A stretch of 14,664 nucleotides of DNA from Desulfotalea psychrophila LSv54 (GCF_000025945.1 NC_006140.1:1-14664), one strand, 5' to 3'; counted from the first letter of the stretch, positions 6,844-13,837 are shown. Notes: generated by a model not told the origin, from the letters alone. Numbers and translations: made by a program.

Positions 6844-7737
6844 TTATTTCCTTTTTTGTAAAAAATCATTGTAATCATTGAATTTAGCATAGATATAGCT
6901 TTTATCATCAACAACTAAATTTTTTAAGTTGTCCTTAAAAAATTTAGTTGTTTTTTTTCCTGTTTTATCATTATCAAGCAAAGTATAAATGCTTTTTATA
7001 TTAGTTTCTAGGCATATACAAAAAATTTTTTCAATAGTCTTTTTAGCCATAGATACAGAACACATAATAATAACAGAGTTAACATATTCTAATACACTTT
7101 CTTTTTTATCAGTTAAAAAACTTAAAAAATCGATAAATCACTCAAAGATCAATATATTTTTACTTTTTTTATTAAAAGTAAATGTTGCTATATCTTTACA
7201 AATTAAATTTGATTTAAAATTTAAATTTCTTATTTCGTATCATTTTTTATCGTTTTCAAAAGCAATTGCTTTAAATTTTCAATATTGGTTTGTATAAGTA
7301 ATTTCTTTGCAGAATTTTTTAACAATAGAAATATTAAGTTTCCTTGATTCTAAATAGTCAATTATTGATTTTGTTTTTATCGGTCATATAGCTTCTATGC
7401 TATAATTTTTTTTTACTTTTGATTCTACTTTTTTTGTTGTTGGAACAGGGGGTAAAATAGTTTGTTGACCTCAGATATTTTCTAAAAAGTTTAAGGCTTG
7501 CGATACAGAGCATTTTTGAAATCCGATAATAAAATCTAGTGTGTTTCCTCCTTCCCCAGTACCGTGGTCAAACCATGCATTTTTTAAAGGGCTATAATCA
7601 AAAGAAGGAGTCTTTTCTTCTCTAAAAGGACTAAAATATTTTATTGAATTTTGACTATTTAAATATTTTTGTGGTGCATAACCTAATTTATTTAAAACTA
7701 AATCAAGTTTTATGTTTTTTGCTTGTTCACATTTCAT
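6844..7737 (-). CDS. Toprim / degenerate CHC2-finger primase-like protein typical of mobilizable elements. It is 297 codons only if five in-frame TGA codons are read as sense (best fit Gly, table 25)
   Basis: I walked the frame codon by codon. The standard-code fragments 7471..7737 and 6844..7065 are in the same frame. The 405 nt between them contains TGA at 7471..7473, 7384..7386, 7279..7281, 7240..7242 and 7138..7140 (plus-strand coordinates) but no TAA or TAG. The N-terminus SPFREEKTPSF...WFDHGTGEGGNTLDF and the C-terminus LLDNDKTGKK...YNDFL match my recollection of Bacteroides-type Toprim proteins. Three TGA codons fall at the family glycines in NGK.YFAIGF, GGYE.RN and FEGF.D(F/Y)LSFL. 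Confidence 0.8.
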
Positions 7738-7906
7738 ATAAAATTATATTAATTGTATTAATAATAATATAATAATTTTTTCAAAATCAGGAAATTTATT
7801 TATTATAAATTTTCCAGTAGCCTTAAAAGGCTAAAATGTGTACAATTATTGCTGTTTTTTCTTTTTGTTAGCAGATTTTTAATTTTATTTAACAGGAGTG
7901 ATTTAA

Positions 7907-8449
7907 ATGCGATTCAATACCTTGATGGTATGTTTTTTTAGTTCCGTGTGCTTTTTTTTGGTTTTACCGTTCAATGCTTCAGCTGAAGATTTGTTGAATA
8001 TAAGGCAATATACAAACAAAAATAAACCTGAAACATTAGGAGAGTTTACAATAGAAAAAGAAAAAGAGACTAACTTAGCATATATTACGTCAGCCACTAA
8101 TAAGGCTTCTTTTTTACTTTTTGAAAAAGAAATTAAAAGACCATTTGAAATAAAATTTCAAAAATATAGTTTAGAAAATTTTGCAATAAATATTATTTCA
8201 GAAAAAAAAGAAATAAAAATTTCTTATAATCAATGGCTATATGTAAATAAAAAAAGAGTGGAAGATTGTTCCTTAAGAATAGCTAGATGGAATACTTTGA
8301 GAATAAAGGTTAAGGAAGATAAACTTGTATTTTATATTAATGGAGAAAAATCTTACACTTTGCCAAGTGTTGATAATAATATAGTTGAAGAAATTTTATT
8401 TAAATTTGGTGACACCACTAAAATTTCAAAACTGGAAATCAAAAAATAA
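7907..8449 (+). CDS. Secreted protein of unknown function (180 aa) with an N-terminal signal peptide
   Basis: Canonical AGGAG (7894..7898) sits 8 nt before the ATG. The signal-peptide-like N-terminus is MRFNTLMVCFFSSVCFFLVLPFNASA/EDLL, and the stop is TAA. The C-terminal half (ARWNTLRIKVKEDKLVFYINGEK) is faintly reminiscent of ConA/LamG-like jelly rolls, which is a weak impression only. Confidence 0.6.
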   Translation: MRFNTLMVCFFSSVCFFLVLPFNASAEDLLNIRQYTNKNKPETLGEFTIEKEKETNLAYITSATNKASFLLFEKEIKRPFEIKFQKYSLENFAINIISEKKEIKISYNQWLYVNKKRVEDCSLRIARWNTLRIKVKEDKLVFYINGEKSYTLPSVDNNIVEEILFKFGDTTKISKLEIKK

Positions 8450-8492
8450 CTTTTCTTTTAAGTTTTAACTGAAAGCAAAGTTTATTAATAAT

Positions 8493-8519
8493 AAAAGTAA
8501 GTAATTTTAATTTACTTTT
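8493..8519 (+). terminator. Terminator-like hairpin downstream of 7907..8449
   Basis: AAAAGTAA (8493..8500) pairs with TTACTTTT (8512..8519) and ends in a T-run. It lies about 45 nt after the TAA stop. The stem is entirely A/T-rich, so it would be weak. Confidence 0.35.
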
Positions 8520-8633
8520 CTTCAAAGTCAAGAACCGATTTTTTTAATTCTAAAGAATTAAAAAAATAACGGATTCTGGACTTTTTAAAAATTAAATTTT
8601 CAATAACTTACTTTATTATTTAAATTTTTTAAA

Positions 8634-8945
8634 ATGGACATTTGTAAAATAGTTGAAGAGAAATTAAAGGATTATCCACTATATTCTCAAGATTGAAATA
8701 AAAACCCTTTAGTTTGTGCTAAATTGTTTTGATTAGGTACAGGAGCAACCTGGTATATTACAGAATATTCTCCTAAAGAAAAAATAGCTTTCTGATATAC
8801 TGAATGATTAACGGAAAATGGTGATGAATGGGGATATATTAGTTTGGCAGAACTTGCGAGTATAATGTTTTGACCTATCCCAAGAATAGAGGTTGATTTG
8901 TTTTTCAAAGTAAAAGGTTTTTCAGAAATTGTAAAAAGGGAATAA
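8634..8945 (+). CDS. DUF2958-family protein (103 aa) containing five in-frame TGA codons (best fit Gly, table 25)
   Basis: ATG at 8634 and TAA at 8943. In-frame TGA at 8694, 8730, 8793, 8805 and 8871. With TGA = Gly the product is MDICKIVEEKLKDYPLYSQDGNKNPLVCAKLFGLGTGATWYITEYSPKEKIAFGYTEGLTENGDEWGYISLAELASIMFGPIPRIEVDLFFKVKGFSEIVKRE. This reproduces my recollection of the DUF2958 (PF11171) pattern LYSQ.G, KFF.P...WTWY..E.D, FFG.V.G...E.GY.SL.EL, RGP...IERD..F. The standard-code track reports only an antisense ORF here. Confidence 0.8.
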
Positions 8946-8957
8946 GCCCCTTTTTTT
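8933..8957 (+). terminator. Weak terminator-like hairpin overlapping the DUF2958 stop codon
   Basis: AAAAAGGG (8933..8940), loop AATAAG, then CCCC followed by a T7 run (8947..8957). Confidence 0.35.
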
Positions 8958-9055
8958 CAGTTCATTTTTACGGGCACGGTTAATTTTGGAGCTATGCTGA
9001 AAGAGTGCTATTATAGTAGAAGCAAGATTGAAAGTTTTACGAAAACATTCATCTT

Positions 9056-9080
9056 GTAAGGGGGGATTCCCCCCCCTTAC
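9056..9080 (+). promoter_or_regulatory. Candidate oriT inverted repeat
   Basis: GTAAGGGGGG (9056..9065) pairs with CCCCCCTTAC (9071..9080) across the loop ATTCC, and is followed by CCCCCTTTTAAAAACC. It is the only strongly G/C-rich hairpin in the window and sits about 30 nt upstream of the mobC-relaxase operon, the usual oriT position. The nick site was not identified. Confidence 0.45.
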
Positions 9081-9112
9081 CCCCCTTTTAAAAACCATAA
9101 AAAATAAGCCTA

Positions 9113-9481
9113 ATGTCTAGAAAAAAATATTTACAAGAATATCAAAAAGAGTATCGAAAAGAAAAAAAACAAGTAACTTTAACACTTACTTTAACAGAGT
9201 ATAATTATTTTAAAACAATAGCAGATAAAGAAGATATAAAAGTTACAAGTTTAATTAAAGCTATGGCTTTATCTCAACTTGGTAAAACTTTTTATTTCCC
9301 TAAGGAAATCCTAAAAAGGATAGATGAATTTATTTTTATAATTAGAAATATTGCTAATAATCTAAATCAAATAGCAAGGCATTCAAATATTATAAAAAAT
9401 GTTATTAACGAAAACAGTGTACTCTCATTAATAAAAAATCTTGAGACAGAAGTTAAAAGATTCATAAAAAGTAAAATATGA
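9113..9481 (+). CDS. mobC: MobC-family relaxosome accessory protein (ribbon-helix-helix type), 122 aa
   Basis: The motifs KKQVTLTLTLTEYNYFKTIADKEDIKVTSLIKAMAL and IRNIANNLNQIARHSN match my recollection of the PF05713 signature NLNQ(I/L)AR..N. Its stop overlaps the relaxase start in ATGA (9478..9481). If TGA is sense the ORF ends at TAA 9485..9487. Confidence 0.8.
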   Translation: MSRKKYLQEYQKEYRKEKKQVTLTLTLTEYNYFKTIADKEDIKVTSLIKAMALSQLGKTFYFPKEILKRIDEFIFIIRNIANNLNQIARHSNIIKNVINENSVLSLIKNLETEVKRFIKSKI

Positions 9482-10398
9482 TTATAAAATCCTTATCAAG
9501 AAAAAAACCGACTTTTGGGCAGTTGTCTGATTATATTTATAATGAGGCAGATAAAGAATATATTTATACATATAATATGTACTCTGATAAAAATAAATTA
9601 AAAGATATAAAAAAAGAATTTAAAGAAAATTATAGTTTTTTAAAAAAACAAAAAAATTCTAATGCCTTGTACCATGAGATGTTATCTATAAAAAAATCTA
9701 ATATAGAGATTGATTTACAAAAAAAAGCCTTATATGACATTGTTAACGAGTATATAAAAGTAAGGTCGCCAAATTGTTTAGTCTATGGTGGTCTGCATGA
9801 GGCAGAAAATAACCTACATTATCATGTGATTATTAGTTCAAATCAAATTGAAAAAGAAAAGAATAATTATTTATCAAAAAAAGAATTTTCTGAAATTAAA
9901 AAAGGGTTAGAAATGTATGTTCTAAACAAATACCCAGAGTTAAAACAAGAAATAATTATAAATAAAGAGAAAAAGAAAAACACTATATCGGACAAAGAAT
10001 ATCAATTAGGAAAAAGAACAGGTAGGCAAACTAAAAGCGAAAATTTAAAAGAAAGATTAAATAATATTTTCAATAATGCTAAAACAAAAAAAGAATTTTT
10101 TGACGCTCTCTATTGGGAGAAAATAGAAATTCAACTAAAAGGTAAAACAATAAAATTTATTGATGAAAAAACGGGGCTGACTCGTCGTCTAAAAAGACTA
10201 GGGCTAGAAGAAGAATTTTATAAATTAAGTGATAGTTTAGAACAGCAAGAAGCAAAGTACCAGGAGGGGAAGCAAACCCACGAGCAACAGCAAGCTCACG
10301 AGCAACAGCAAGCTCACGAGCAACAAGAACAAACTAAAAATACTGAGTCAGCTGAAGAACTGAAGAAAAACAAAGAAATAAAAGAAAAGAATTTCTAA
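9478..10398 (+). CDS. Relaxase / mobilization nuclease (MobA/VirD2-type, PF03432-like), 306 aa
   Basis: N-terminus MIIKSLSRKKPTFGQLSDYIYNE, with candidate catalytic Tyr residues. A histidine motif NNLHYHVIISSN is present. The start is translationally coupled to mobC and the stop is TAA. The C-terminal tail is Q/E-rich and carries an 18-bp tandem repeat. Confidence 0.8.
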   Translation: MIIKSLSRKKPTFGQLSDYIYNEADKEYIYTYNMYSDKNKLKDIKKEFKENYSFLKKQKNSNALYHEMLSIKKSNIEIDLQKKALYDIVNEYIKVRSPNCLVYGGLHEAENNLHYHVIISSNQIEKEKNNYLSKKEFSEIKKGLEMYVLNKYPELKQEIIINKEKKKNTISDKEYQLGKRTGRQTKSENLKERLNNIFNNAKTKKEFFDALYWEKIEIQLKGKTIKFIDEKTGLTRRLKRLGLEEEFYKLSDSLEQQEAKYQEGKQTHEQQQAHEQQQAHEQQEQTKNTESAEELKKNKEIKEKNF

Positions 10399-10458
10399 AA
10401 GAAATGTTAAAAGATAAAAATCACACTAATACAAAAGATTACGAAAAAGGTAAATAAA

Positions 10459-10671
10459 ATGGGTTTTTTAAGTTTTTTAGATTCGTTTATGAGTTTAATT
10501 TCTATCTTAGACAACAAGAACGACGTTTCAGATGATAAAGAAGATACAAATAAGTCTGAAACTAAGCCCGTTAATGAATCAAAAAAAAATGAACTTATAG
10601 CAGAAAGGAAAAGCGAATTTTCTAAAGTAGAAAAAAAAGAAAAAGAAAAAGATAAATCAAGGCAAAGATAA
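10459..10671 (+). CDS. Small hypothetical protein (70 aa) with a hydrophobic N-terminus and a K/E-rich tail; paralogue of 10683..10988
   Basis: ATG with AAAGG upstream and a TAA stop. The N-terminus MGFLSFLDSFMSLISIL resembles MIDFLGLFDGFMSFFSL in the next ORF. Confidence 0.45.
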   Translation: MGFLSFLDSFMSLISILDNKNDVSDDKEDTNKSETKPVNESKKNELIAERKSEFSKVEKKEKEKDKSRQR

Positions 10672-10682
10672 AAGGGGTTATT

Positions 10683-10988
10683 ATGATAGATTTTTTAGGG
10701 CTTTTTGATGGATTTATGAGTTTTTTTTCTCTCACGAAAGATAGTTCAACCAAAATAGATAATGGCAATAATAGATGTGGAAATTGTAAAAAAAACAATT
10801 ATAAAAAACCCACTTATGAAGCTAAGACAATTGATAAAAAACAAAAAAATGATCTTCTTGAAAAACAAAAAAATGCACGTATCAAAAGAGAGATGGATAT
10901 AGTTAAAAGAAAAGCGGATTTTTACTCTACAAAACAGCCTAATATGACTATAAAAGATAATGTAGTTACATATGATTTTAAAAACTGA
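10683..10988 (+). CDS. Small hypothetical protein (101 aa); paralogue of 10459..10671
   Basis: AAGGGG (10672..10677) sits 5 nt before the ATG. It shares the N-terminal motif FL.(L/F).D.FMS with the preceding ORF and contains a CGNC pair. It ends on TGA (10986..10988), with TAA two codons later (10992..10994). Confidence 0.45.
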   Translation: MIDFLGLFDGFMSFFSLTKDSSTKIDNGNNRCGNCKKNNYKKPTYEAKTIDKKQKNDLLEKQKNARIKREMDIVKRKADFYSTKQPNMTIKDNVVTYDFKN

Positions 10989-10999
10989 GTTTAACAATT

Positions 11000-12466
11000 A
11001 TGTCAAAATTAATAGCGGATACACTAAAAACATTTTTTAATGTTGGGAAATTTATAGCTAAAGGCTATGTATTAAAAAAAGAAGAGGGCGCAAGGTTTGC
11101 AAAAAATAGTGAACAAAATGAAATAATAAATAGCTCAAATAGAGGGTTATTAATTAATGGGATTAATAAAAGATTATCAGAAAAAGAGTCATTTAAGCAT
11201 ATTGCAATTATTGCAAAATCGGGAATAGGTAAAACAACAGGATATATTTATCCTAATATTTTTGATAAAGCAGATTCTAATTGCTCAATGCTTATAACTG
11301 ACCCAAGTAGTGAAATTTATGAAACTACATCACAACATTTAAAAAATAGAGGTTTTAAAATTGTTAGGTTAAACCCTAGTAATATTAATCAGTCGTCAAG
11401 ATTTAATCCATTTCATGGATTAGGTGCGGAAGATATTATTGAAATTGAACAAATTTGTACATCAATAATTAAGTCTAAATATGGAAATGATAAAGAGCAA
11501 GTGTGGAATGATGGGGCGATTTCTTTGCTTGAACTGTTTGCTAAATGTTTAGCTTATACACAACCTGAATACTTAAATCTGCCTAATCTTAATTATTTAA
11601 TTCAAATGTTCGGAGAAAGTGGGGAAAATTTAGATGATTGGGTTATTGAACACTCTATAAACCCCTATGACGAACAGGACAGGTCTATTCTTGATTTTTG
11701 GATAGGTCTTAGGTCTAATAATGCTAATATGTTAACTAGTTACGCAACTATCGTTAAAACAGCGTTAAAACAGTTAAATAATCGGAAGATTCAAAGACTA
11801 TTATCAAATAATGATATTGATTTAGAAGATTTTAGAAAACAAAAAACAGCAATTTTTTTAAGTTTTCCAGATAATCAGCAAGACTATTATCAGTTTTTAG
11901 TTGATATTTTTTATGCTAGGTTTTTTTCTGTTATGATGAGCAAAAAACCCACGCCGAGAGATTTAAACGTGTATTGTTTTTTAGATGAGTTTGGTAATGC
12001 TTACGTGGATAATTTCCCTACAATAGTAACTACTATTAGAAAATACAGAGTTTCTCTGTCTGTTGTACTTCAAGGAATAAGCCAACTTAATAAAAAATAT
12101 GGAGATATGGCGAAAAGCGGAATTTCAAGTTTTATAATTTATGCAGGTGGTGACTATGAAACTTTGAATGAACAAAGCCAGTTAATAGGGAAAAAAAGAA
12201 TAATACAAAGAAATAAATTTGAAGACCATGTGACAAGTTATCAAGATATTGATTTATTGCCTCCTGCAGAATTAAGAACAATGAAAGATAATCAAGCTTT
12301 ATTTTTGTCTAGTAATAAATACCCTTTTATATTTGAATTTCAACCCTTTTATAAAAACAGAAAATTTTTAACTCTTTCTAAAAAAGGGGAGTATATACCA
12401 TTAGAAAAACAAAAAGATATGTGTTGGAATCAATTGTTTTTGAAAAAAAATAATAAAAATAAATGA
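11000..12466 (+). CDS. Type IV coupling protein (TraG/VirD4 family ATPase) without N-terminal TM helices, 488 aa
   Basis: Walker A AKSGIGKTT (GIGKTT at 11222..11239). Walker B-like YCFLDEFGN. RFNPF and VLQGISQL motifs are typical of T4CPs. It has 24 Gly (hand count) and no internal TGA. It ends on TGA (12464..12466); the next in-frame stop is TAA at 12500..12502. Confidence 0.85.
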   Translation: MSKLIADTLKTFFNVGKFIAKGYVLKKEEGARFAKNSEQNEIINSSNRGLLINGINKRLSEKESFKHIAIIAKSGIGKTTGYIYPNIFDKADSNCSMLITDPSSEIYETTSQHLKNRGFKIVRLNPSNINQSSRFNPFHGLGAEDIIEIEQICTSIIKSKYGNDKEQVWNDGAISLLELFAKCLAYTQPEYLNLPNLNYLIQMFGESGENLDDWVIEHSINPYDEQDRSILDFWIGLRSNNANMLTSYATIVKTALKQLNNRKIQRLLSNNDIDLEDFRKQKTAIFLSFPDNQQDYYQFLVDIFYARFFSVMMSKKPTPRDLNVYCFLDEFGNAYVDNFPTIVTTIRKYRVSLSVVLQGISQLNKKYGDMAKSGISSFIIYAGGDYETLNEQSQLIGKKRIIQRNKFEDHVTSYQDIDLLPPAELRTMKDNQALFLSSNKYPFIFEFQPFYKNRKFLTLSKKGEYIPLEKQKDMCWNQLFLKKNNKNK

Positions 12467-12503
12467 AAAGAAAAAATAAATGAAAAATCAATAGGAACTT
12501 AAT

Positions 12504-13127
12504 ATGGCTTTAAATGTTTTTGATTCTGTTTTGTTGTCCTTTGTATATGCTTTAATAACTTGGGTCTGTTTTTATTCTATTAAAAAATTACACTGGTTAT
12601 TAAAAATAGTTCCTATAATATTTCTAACAAGTGTAATTGGTCATTCTCCAAGTTTTGGCGCTAGGATAATGATAATATCTTTTTTGATTATGGTAGCAAG
12701 AGAACTATATATAAAAAATAATTGTTATTTTTTATATGAAATATTTAGTAACGCAACTGATTTTTTAAAAAATAAAAAAAATAAGAGAAAAGAAGAAGAG
12801 AATTTTAATTCTGAAAGAAAATCAAACAATGAAAACATTAAAGAAGAGTTAAGCCAAGCAAAAGAAAGATTGAAAAAAGTTAGGGAAGAAGCAGACCACC
12901 AAAAAGCAAACCACCAAAAAGCAGCCAGTAAACCCCCAAGAGAAAGATTAAATATTTTTTCAGAACCATTAACTCATGCAGAGTTAAAAAAAGCTTATCG
13001 TCTAGCTTCATTAAAATGCCACCCTGACCATGTGGAACATCTCTCGGAAACCTTAAAAGAAACGGCTAATGAGGAATTTAAAAAACTTAATGAAGCTTAT
13101 AATAAACTTAAAAAAGTAGCCCAGTAA
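12504..13127 (+). CDS. Membrane-anchored protein with a C-terminal J domain (DnaJ-like), 207 aa
   Basis: AGGA sits 7 nt before the ATG. About three hydrophobic N-terminal segments are followed by a charged coiled-coil-like linker. The J-domain signature is LTHAELKKAYRLASLKCHPDHV...EEFKKLNEAYNKLKK, with HPD at 13020..13028. The stop is TAA. Confidence 0.75.
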   Translation: MALNVFDSVLLSFVYALITWVCFYSIKKLHWLLKIVPIIFLTSVIGHSPSFGARIMIISFLIMVARELYIKNNCYFLYEIFSNATDFLKNKKNKRKEEENFNSERKSNNENIKEELSQAKERLKKVREEADHQKANHQKAASKPPRERLNIFSEPLTHAELKKAYRLASLKCHPDHVEHLSETLKETANEEFKKLNEAYNKLKKVAQ

Positions 13128-13207
13128 GTCTGTGACTTAAAAAACTTTTAAGTCAAAAAGCTATTAAGTCAAAAAATTTTTGACTTTTTAACTCAATGCC
13201 CTATAAT
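13125..13207 (+). promoter_or_regulatory. par operon promoter with overlapping palindromic operator / centromere-like sites
   Basis: TTGACT (13180..13185), 16 nt, then TATAAT (13202..13207). The palindromes are TAAGTC-TGT-GACTTA (13125..13139) and AAGTCAAAAA-A-TTTTTGACTT (13166..13186, overlapping the -35). An extra TTAAGTCA half-site lies at 13148..13155. Confidence 0.6.
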
Positions 13208-13240
13208 ATATTTTATAATTTAACATATAAAAGGTTTATT

Positions 13241-13837
13241 ATGAGAACTTTATTTTGGACGTTTAAAGGTGGTCAAGGCAAGACAACCCTTGCTGTTTCC
13301 TATGCTCTTTATTCAGACAGTTATTTTATAACTAACGATACAGAGAGTGGAACTTTAGATATTTACGGGGGCTTGTTTAGTAGTGATAAAATGGAGAGCT
13401 TAGGAAGAGGGGAAGACCTGGTTTTAAGAGAGAGAAATGAAGTTTATGACTTGGGGGGGTGGTCTGATAGTTTGGCTGAAAAAGTAGCTAGTAACTGTGA
13501 GATTTGTGTTATCCCTGTTTCTTTTAATAGTATTAGTGAAATAACACCCTCCATTAAGGCTATAAATTCATTGTCTATCTATAACAAAAGTATTGTTTTA
13601 GTGATAAATAATACAGACAAAAAAGAAGCTGTAGAAGCTAAAAAATACTTTGAAAAAGAATACCCTAAAATAAAAGTATTTATAGTAAATAAATCTAAAT
13701 ATATACATAGACTAGCAAATGAAAATAAAACGGTTTTTGAAATAGCAGAACAAAACGGGCTTACTAGATATAATACTAAGCAACTAAGAAACCAACTTAC
13801 AACCTTATTTGATTATATAAAAAACTATGACAACTAA
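13241..13837 (+). CDS. parA: ParA/Soj-family partition ATPase (198 aa from the ATG at 13241)
   Basis: The deviant Walker A FKGGQGKTT lies right at the N-terminus when translation starts at 13241. AAGG sits 6 nt upstream. The ORF-track start at 13196 lies upstream of the predicted -10 box and would add an atypical 15-aa leader. The stop is TAA. Confidence 0.8.
   Translation: MRTLFWTFKGGQGKTTLAVSYALYSDSYFITNDTESGTLDIYGGLFSSDKMESLGRGEDLVLRERNEVYDLGGWSDSLAEKVASNCEICVIPVSFNSISEITPSIKAINSLSIYNKSIVLVINNTDKKEAVEAKKYFEKEYPKIKVFIVNKSKYIHRLANENKTVFEIAEQNGLTRYNTKQLRNQLTTLFDYIKNYDN

Noticed and set aside
6844-7737. Reading the primase-like locus as a decayed pseudogene, or as two separate small genes (6844..7065 and 7471..7737), in a standard-code host
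   Set aside because: All five interruptions are TGA. There is no TAA, TAG or frameshift over 894 nt of very AT-rich DNA, the fragments are co-linear and in frame, and the TGAs sit at family-conserved Gly positions. Random decay would not produce this pattern. The genes could still be non-functional if the present host uses the standard code.
6989-8097. Plus-strand ORF 6989..7297 and minus-strand ORF 7903..8097
   Set aside because: They are antisense to the primase-like gene and the secreted-protein gene respectively. Both are low-complexity F/L/I/K-rich translations typical of AT-rich antisense frames.
8687-8908. 73-aa minus-strand ORF from the track
   Set aside because: It is antisense to the much better supported DUF2958 frame, starts at TTG, has no recognisable motif, and exists only because the sense strand was split by TGA in the standard-code scan.
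6844-8945. TGA = Trp (table 4, Mollicutes-like) as the explanation for the in-frame TGAs
   Set aside because: At least six of the ten TGA sites align, from my memory of the family consensus, with conserved Gly (AFG, G...EWGY, RGP, NGK, GGYE.RN, FEGF). Trp would give 7 W in 103 aa in the DUF2958 protein. Both genes already use TGG at the family-typical Trp positions. Table 4 is not formally excluded without profile alignments.
6844-8945. Selenocysteine or programmed readthrough at the TGA codons
   Set aside because: There are ten sites in two small unrelated non-redox proteins, with no Cys-type context and no evident SECIS-like hairpins downstream of each site.
13196-13240. ORF-track start of parA at 13196
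   Set aside because: The TATAAT -10 box (13202..13207) would lie inside the coding sequence. The ATG at 13241 has an AAGG SD and puts the Walker A motif at the usual N-terminal position.
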